Positions 56,601 to 64,000 of a stretch of DNA of 64,000 nucleotides are shown here, piece by piece. The position numbers and the translations under genes were made by a program. This stretch comes from Eledone cirrhosa (Eukaryota): the NCBI GenBank assembly GCA_964016885.1, contig OZ024741.1:7688001-7752000 (forward strand), in the 5' to 3' direction. Below the pieces are notes generated by a model. That model saw only the letters and a program-made list of their open reading frames with translations, was not told the DNA's origin and ran no database searches. Position 1 is the stretch's first letter, and the number at the start of each line of letters is the position of its first letter.

Positions 56601-59600
56601 GTAAGATGGAAGGGAGAGAGTAAGGTTTACTGTATGGTGAAGGATGTGTTGGTAAGATGGGAGGGAGAGTAAGGTTTACTGTATGGTGAAGGGTGTGTTG
56701 GTAAGATGGAAGGGAGAGTAAGGTTTACTGTATGGTGAAGGGTGTGTTGGTAAGATGGAAGGGAGAGTAAGGTTTACTGTGTGGTGAAGGGTGTGTTAGT
56801 AAGATGGAAGGGAGAGTGTAAGGTTTACTGTATGGTGAAGGGTGTGTTGGTAAGATGGAAGGGAGAGTAAGGTTTACTGTATGGTGAAGGGTGTGTTGGT
56901 AAGATGGAAGGGAGAGTAAGGTTTACTGTGTGGTGAAGGGTGTGTTGGTAAGATGGAAGGCAGAGTAAGTTTTACCGTATGGTGAAGGGTGTGTTGGTAA
57001 GATGGAAGGGAGAGTAAGGTTTACTGCATGGTGAAGGGTGTGTTGGTAAGATGGAAGGGAGAGTAAGGTTTACTGTATGGTGAAGGGTGTGTTGGTAAGA
57101 TGGAAGGGAGAGTAAGGTTTACCGTATGGTGAAGGGTGTGTTGGTAAGATGGATGGGAGAGTAAGGTTTACCGTATGGTGAAGGGTGTGTTGGTAAGATG
57201 GAAGGGAGAGTAAGGTTTACTGTATGGTGAAGGGTGTGTTGGTAAGATGGAAGGGAGAGTAAGGTTTACTGTGTGGTGAAGGGTGTGTTGGTAAGATGGA
57301 AGGCAGAGTAAGTTTTACCGTATGGTGAAGGGTGTGTTGGTAAGATGGAAGGGAGAGTAAGGTTTACTGCATGGTGAAGGGTGTGTTGGTAAGATGGAAG
57401 GGAGAGTAAGGTTTACTGTATGGTGAAGGGTGTGTTGGTAAGATGGAAGGGAGAGTAAGGTTTACTGTATGGTGAAGGGTGTGTTGGTAAGATGGAAGGG
57501 AGAGTAAGGTTTACCCTATGGTGAAGGGTGTGTTGGTAAGATGGATGGGAGAGTAAGGTTTACCGTATGGTGAAGGGTGTGTTGGTAAGATGGAAGGGAG
57601 AGTAAGGTTTACTGTATGGTGAAGGGTGTGTTGGTAAGATGGAAGGGAGAGTAAGGTTTACCGTATGGTGAAGGGTGTGTTGGTAAGATGGAAGGGAGAG
57701 TAAGGTTTACTGTATGGTGAAGGGTGTATTGGTAAGATGGAAGGGAGAGTAAGGTTTACCGTATGGTGAACGGTGTGTTGGTAAGCTGGAAGGGAGAGTA
57801 AGGTTTACTGTATGGTGAAGGGTGTGTTGGTAAGATGGAAGGGAGAGTAAGGTTTACTGTATGGTGAAGGGTGTGTTGGTAAGATGGAAGGGAGAGTAAG
57901 ATTTACCGTATGGTGAAGGGTGTGTTGGTAAGATGGAAGGGAGAGTAAGGTTTACTGTGTGGTGAAGGGTGTGTTGGTAAGATGGAAGGGAGAGTGTAAG
58001 GTTTACTGTATGGTGAAGGGTGTGTTGGTAAGATTTGAGGGAGAGTAAGGTTTACTGTATGGTGAAGGGTGTATTGGTAAGATGGAAGGGAGAGTAAGGT
58101 TTACCGTATGGTGAAGGGTGTGTTGGTAAGATGGAAGGGAGAGTAAGGTTTACTGTATGGTGAAGGGTGTATTGGTAAGATGGAAGGGAGAGTAAGGTTT
58201 ACCGTATGGTGAAGGGTGTGTTGGTAAGATGGAAGGGAGAGTAAGGTTTACTATATGGTGAAGGGTGTGTTGGTAAGATGGAAGGGAGAGTAAGGTTTAC
58301 CGTATGGTGAAGGGTGTGTTGGTAAGATGGAAGGGAGAGTGTAAGGTTTACTGTATGGTGAAGGGTGTGTTGGTAAGATGGAAGGGAGAGTGTAAGGTTT
58401 ACTGTATGGTGAAGGGTGTGTTGGTAAGATGGAAGAGAGAATGTAACGTTTACTGTATGGTGAAGGGTGTGTTGGTAAGATGGAAGGGAGAGTGTAAGGT
58501 TTACTGTATGGTGAAGGGTGTGTTGGTAAGATGGAAGGGAGAGTGTAAGGTTTACTGTATGGTGAAGGGTGTGTTGGTAAGATGGAAGGGAGAGTAAGGT
58601 TTACTGTATGGTGAAGGGTGGGTTGGTAAGATGTAAGGGAGAGTGTAAGGTTTACTGTATGGTGAAGGGTGTGTTGGTAAGATGGAAGGCAGAGTAAGGT
58701 TTACCGTATGGTGAAGGGTGTGTTGGTAAGATGGGAGGGAGAGTAAGGTTTACTGCATGGTGATGGGTGTGTTAGTAAGATGGAAGGGAGAGTGTAAGGT
58801 TTACTGTATGGTGAAGGGTGTGTTGGTAAGATGGAAGGGAGAGTAAGGTTTACCGTATGGTGAAGGGTGTGTTGGTAAGATGGAAGGGAGAGTAAGGTTT
58901 ACTGTATGGTGAAGGGTGTATTGGTAAGATGGAAGGGAGAGTAAGGTTTACTGTATTGTGAAGGGTGTGTTGGTAAGATGAAAGAGAGAGTGTAAGGTTT
59001 ACTGTGTGGTGAAGGGTGTGTAGGTAAGATGGAAGGGAGAGTAAGGTTTACTGTATGGTGAAGGGTGTGTTGGTAAGATGGAAGGGAGAGTGTAAGGTTT
59101 ACTGTATGGTGAAGGGTGTGTTGGTAAGATGGAAGGGTGAGTGTAAGGTTTACTGTATGGTGAAGGGTGTGTTGGTAAGATGGAAGGGAGAGTGTAGGTT
59201 TACTGTATGGTGAAGGGTGTGTTGGTAAGATGGAAGGGAGAGTAAGGATTACTGTATGGTGAAGGGTCTGTTGGTAAGATGGAAGGGAGAGTAAGGTTTA
59301 CTGTATGGTGAAGGGTGTGTTGGTAAGATGGAAGGGAGAGAGTAAGGTTTACTGTATGGTGATGGGTGTGTTGGTAAGATGGGAGGGAGAGTAAGGTTTA
59401 CTGTATGCTGAAGGGTCTGTTGGTAAGATGGAAGGGAGAGAGTAAGGTTTACTGTATGGTGAAGGATGTGTTGGTAAGATGGGAGGGAGAGTAAGGTTTA
59501 CTGTATGGTGAAGGGTGTGTTGGTAAGATGGAAGGGAGAGTAAGGTTTACTGTATGGTGAAGGGTGTGTTGGTAAGATGGAAGGGAGAGTAAGGTTTACT

Positions 59601-62600
59601 GTGTGGTGAAGGGAGTGTTGGTAAGATGGAAGGGAGAGTGTAAGGTTTACTGTATGGTGAAGGGTGTGTTGGTAAGATGGAAGGGAAAGTAAGGTTTACT
59701 GTATGGTGAAGGGTGTGTTGGTAAGATGGAAGGGAGAGTAAGGTTTACTGTGTGGTGAAGGGTGTGTTAGTAAGATGGAAGGGAGAGTGTAAGGTTTACT
59801 GTATGGTGAAGGGTGTGTTGGTAAGATGGAAGGGAGAGTAAGGTTTACTGTATGGTGAAGGGTGTGTTGGTTAGATGGAAGGGAGAGTGTAAGGTTTACC
59901 GTATGGTGAAGGGTGTGTTGGTAAGATGGAAGGCAGAGTAAGGTTTACCGTATGGTGAAGGGTGTGTTGGTAAGATGGAAGGGAGAGTAAGGTTTACTGC
60001 ATGGTGAAGGGTGTGTTGGTAAGATGGAAGGGAGAGTAAGGTTTACCGTATTGTCTGGGCGTGTTGGTAAGATGGAAGGGAGAGTAAGGTTTACTGTATG
60101 GTGAAGGGTGTGTTGGTAAGATGGAAGGGAGAGTAAGGTTTACCGTATGGTGAAGGGTGTGTTGGTAAGATGGATGGGAGAGTAAGGTTTACCGTATGGT
60201 GAAGGGTGTGTTGGTAAGATGGAAGGGAGAGTAAGGTTTACTGTATGGTGAAGGGTGTGTTGGTAAGATGGAAGGGAGAGTAAGGTTTACCGTATGGTGA
60301 AGGGTGTGTTGGTAAGATGGAAGGGAGAGTAAGGTTTACTGTATGGTGAAGGGTGTATTGGTAAGATGGAAGGGAGAGTAAGGTTTACCGTATGGTGAAC
60401 GGTGTGTTGGTAAGCTGGAAGGGAGAGTAAGGTTTACTGTATGGTGAAGGGTGTGTTGGTAAGATGGAAGGGAGAGTAAGGTTTACTGTATGGTGAAGGG
60501 TGTGTTCGTAAGATGGAAGGGAGAGTAAGGTTTACCGTATGGTGAAGGGTGTGTTGGTAAGATGGAAGGGAGAGTAAGATTTACCGTATGGTGAAGGGTG
60601 TGTTGGTAAGATGGAAGGGAGAGTAAGGTTTACTGTGTGGTGAAGGGTGTGTTGGTAAGATGGAAGGGAGAGTGTAAGGTTTACTGTATGGTGAAGGGTG
60701 TGTTGGTAAGATTTGAGGGAGAGTAAGGTTTACTGTATGGTGAAGGGTGTATTGGTAAGATGGAAGGGAGAGTAAGGTTTACCGTATGGTGAAGGGTGTG
60801 TTGGTAAGATGGAAGGGAGAGTAAGGTTTACTGTATGATGAAGGGTGTATTGGTAAGATGGAAGGGAGAGTAAGGTTTACCGTATGGTGAAGGGTGTGTT
60901 GGTAAGATGGAAGGGAGAGTAAGGTTTACTATATGGTGAAGGGTGTGTTGGTAAGATGGAAGGGAGAGTAAGGTTTACCGTATGGTGAAGGGTGTGTTGG
61001 TAAGATGGAAGGGAGAGTGTAAGGTTTACTGTATGGTGAAGGGTGTGTTGGTAAGATGGAAGGGAGAGTGTAAGGTTTACTGTATGGTGAAGGGTGTGTT
61101 GGTAAGATGGAAGAGAGAATGTAACGTTTACTGTATGGTGAAGGGTGTGTTGGTAAGATGGAAGGGAGAGTGTAAGGTTTACTGTATGGTGAAGGGTGTG
61201 TTGGTAAGATGGAAGGGAGAGTGTAAGGTTTACTGTATGGTGAAGGGTGTGTTGGTAAGATGGAAGGGAGAGTAAGGTTTACTGTATGGTGAAGGGTGGG
61301 TTGGTAAGATGTAAGGGAGAGTGTAAGGTTTACTGTATGGTGAAGGGTGTGTTGGTAAGATGGAAGGCAGAGTAAGGTTTACCGTATGGTGAAGGGTGTG
61401 TTGGTAAGATGGGAGGGAGAGTAAGGTTTACTGCATGGTGATGGGTGTGTTGGTAAGATGGGAGGGAGAGTAAGGTTTACTGTATGCTGAAGGGTCTGTT
61501 GGTAAGATGGAAGGGAGAGAGTAAGGTTTACTGTATGGTGAAGGATGTGTTGGAAGATGGGAGGGAGAGTAAGGTTTACTGTATGGTGAAGGGTGTGTTG
61601 GTAAGATGGAAGGGAGAGTAAGGTTTACTGTATGGTGAAGGGTGTGTTGGTAAGATGGAAGGTAGAGTAAGGTTTACTGTGTGGTGAAGGGAGTGTTGGT
61701 AAGATGGAAGGGAGAGTGTAAGGTTTACTGTATGGTGAAGGGTGTGTTGGTAAGATGGAAGGGAAAGTAAGGTTTACTGTATGGTGAAGGGTGTGTTGGT
61801 AAGATGGAAGGGAGAGTAAGGTTTACTGTGTGGTGAAGGGTGTGTTAGTAAGATGGAAGGGAGAGTGTAAGGTTTACTGTATGGTGAAGGGTGTGTTGGT
61901 AAGATGGAAGGGAGAGTAAGGTTTACTGTATGGTGAAGGGTGTGTTGGTAAGATGGAAGGGAGAGTAAGGTTTACTGTATGGTGAAGGGTGTGTTGGTTA
62001 GATGGAAGGGAGAGTGTAAGGTTTACCGTATGGTGAAGGGTGTGTTGGTAAGATGGAAGGCAGAGTAAGGTTTACCGTATGGTGAAGGGTGTGTTGGTAA
62101 GATGGAAGGGAGAGTAAGGTTTACTGCATGGTGAAGGGTGTGTTGGTAAGATGGAAGGGAGAGTAAGGTTTACCGTATTGTCTGGGTGTGTTGGTAAGAT
62201 GGAAGGGAGAGTAAGGTTTACTGTATGGTGAAGGGTGTGTTGGTAAGATGGAAGGGAGAGTAAGGTTTACCGTATGGTGAAGGGTGTGTTGGTAAGATGG
62301 ATGGGAGAGTAAGGTTTACCGTATGGTGAAGGGTGTGTTGGTAAGATGGAAGGGAGAGTAAGGTTTACTGTATGGTGAAGGGTGTGTTGGTAAGATGGAA
62401 GGGAGAGTAAGGTTTACCGTATGGTGAAGGGTGTGTTGGTAAGATGGAAGGGAGAGTAAGGTTTACTGTATGGTGAAGGGTGTATTGGTAAGATGGAAGG
62501 GAGAGTAAGGTTTACCGTATGGTGAACGGTGTGTTGGTAAGCTGGAAGGGAGAGTAAGGTTTACTGTATGGTGATGGGTGTGTTGGTAAGATGGGAGGGA

Positions 62601-64000
62601 GAGTAAGGTTTACTGTATGCTGAAGGGTCTGTTGGTAAGATGGAAGGGAGAGAGTAAGGTTTACTGTATGGTGAAGGATGTGTTGGTAAGATGGGAGGGA
62701 GAGTAAGGTTTACTGTATGGTGAAGGGTGTGTTGGTAAGATGGAAGGGAGAGTAAGGTTTACTGTATGGTGAAGGGTGTGTTGGTAAGATGGAAGGGAGA
62801 GTAAGGTTTACTGTGTGGTGAAGGGAGTGTTGGTAAGATGGAAGGGAGAGTGTAAGGTTTACTGTATGGTGAAGGGTGTGTTGGTAAGATGGAAGGGAAA
62901 GTAAGGTTTACTGTATGGTGAAGGGTGTGTTGGTAAGATGGAAGGGAGAGTAAGGTTTACTGTGTGGTGAAGGGTGTGTTAGTAAGATGGAAGGGAGAGT
63001 GTAAGGTTTACTGTATGGTGAAGGGTGTGTTGGTAAGATGGAAGGGAGAGTAAGGTTTACTGTATGGTGAAGGGTGTGTTGGTTAGATGGAAGGGAGAGT
63101 GTAAGGTTTACCGTATGGTGAAGGGTGTGTTGGTAAGATGGAAGGCAGAGTAAGGTTTACCGTATGGTGAAGGGTGTGTTGGTAAGATGGAAGGGAGAGT
63201 AAGGTTTACTGCATGGTGAAGGGTGTGTTGGTAAGATGGAAGGGAGAGTAAGGTTTACCGTATTGTCTGGGTGTGTTGGTAAGATGGAAGGGAGAGTAAG
63301 GTTTACTGTATGGTGAAGGGTGTGTTGGTAAGATGGAAGGGAGAGTAAGGTTTACCGTATGGTGAAGGGTGTGTTGGTAAGATGGATGGGAGAGTAAGGT
63401 TTACCGTATGGTGAAGGGTGTGTTGGTAAGAGGGAAGGGAGAGTAAGGTTTACTGTATGGTGAAGGGTGTGTTGGTAAGATGGAAGGGAGAGTAAGGTTT
63501 ACCGTATGGTGAAGGGTGTGTTGGTAAGATGGAAGGGAGAGTAAGGTTTACTGTATGGTGAAGGGTGTATTGGTAAGATGGAAGGGAGAGTAAGGTTTAC
63601 CGTATGGTGAACGGTGTGTTGGTAAGCTGGAAGGGAGAGTAAGGTTTACTGTATGGTGAAGGGTGTGTTGGTAAGATGGAAGGGAGAGTAAGGTTTACTG
63701 TATGGTGAAGGGTGTGTTGGTAAGATGGAAGGGAGAGTAAGGTTTACCGTATGGTGAAGGGTGTGTTGGTAAGATGGAAGGGAGAGTAAGATTTACCGTA
63801 TGGTGAAGGGTGTGTTGGTAAGATGGAAGGGAGAGTAAGGTTTACTGTGTGGTGAAGGGTGTGTTGGTAAGATGGAAGGGAGAGTGTAAGGTTTACTGTA
63901 TGGTGAAGGGTGTGTTGGTAAGATTTGAGGGAGAGTAAGGTTTACTGTATGGTGAAGGGTGTATTGGTAAGATGGAAGGGAGAGTAAGGTTTACCGTATG
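41629..64000. repeat. 49/51-bp G-rich satellite array (>22 kb, runs off the window)
   Basis: Monomer gagt(gt)aaggtttactgtatggtgaagggtgtgttggtaagatggaaggga, roughly 450 copies. The first monomer is divergent. Confidence 0.98.

Noticed and set aside
41531-61275. Repeated MVKGVLVRWKGECKVYC ORFs; CRISPR-like periodicity
   Set aside because: Runs of 51-bp monomers stay in frame by chance. There are no unique spacers or cas genes, and the context is eukaryotic.

Overview
Gene-free, repeat-saturated animal genomic DNA. The SINE sequences, very long (TA)n tracts and TE spectrum suggest an octopus genome (inference). No host protein-coding gene could be supported. Layout: (i) 1.4-11.8 kb is a mosaic of mini/microsatellites containing the 3' end of a CRE-like retrotransposon. 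(ii) 12-41.4 kb is a TE graveyard with R4/Dong-like LINE fragments, two Penelope-like element (PLE) coding remnants, a mariner, a near full-length Tx1-clade LINE, a deleted Tc1/mariner and tRNA-derived SINEs. (iii) 41.6-64 kb is a 49/51-bp G-rich satellite with nested higher-order repeats. The most notable signal is about 14 type I hammerhead ribozyme (HHR) motifs with intact cores, plus mutated and half copies, read by eye. Most lie in short non-coding elements inserted in (TA)n. They come in three architectures: 1.3-1.4-mer direct-repeat units (retrozyme/pLTR-like), divergent palindromes, and snap-back hairpins whose apex is the ribozyme's own stem II. All structures were paired manually and none was computed.
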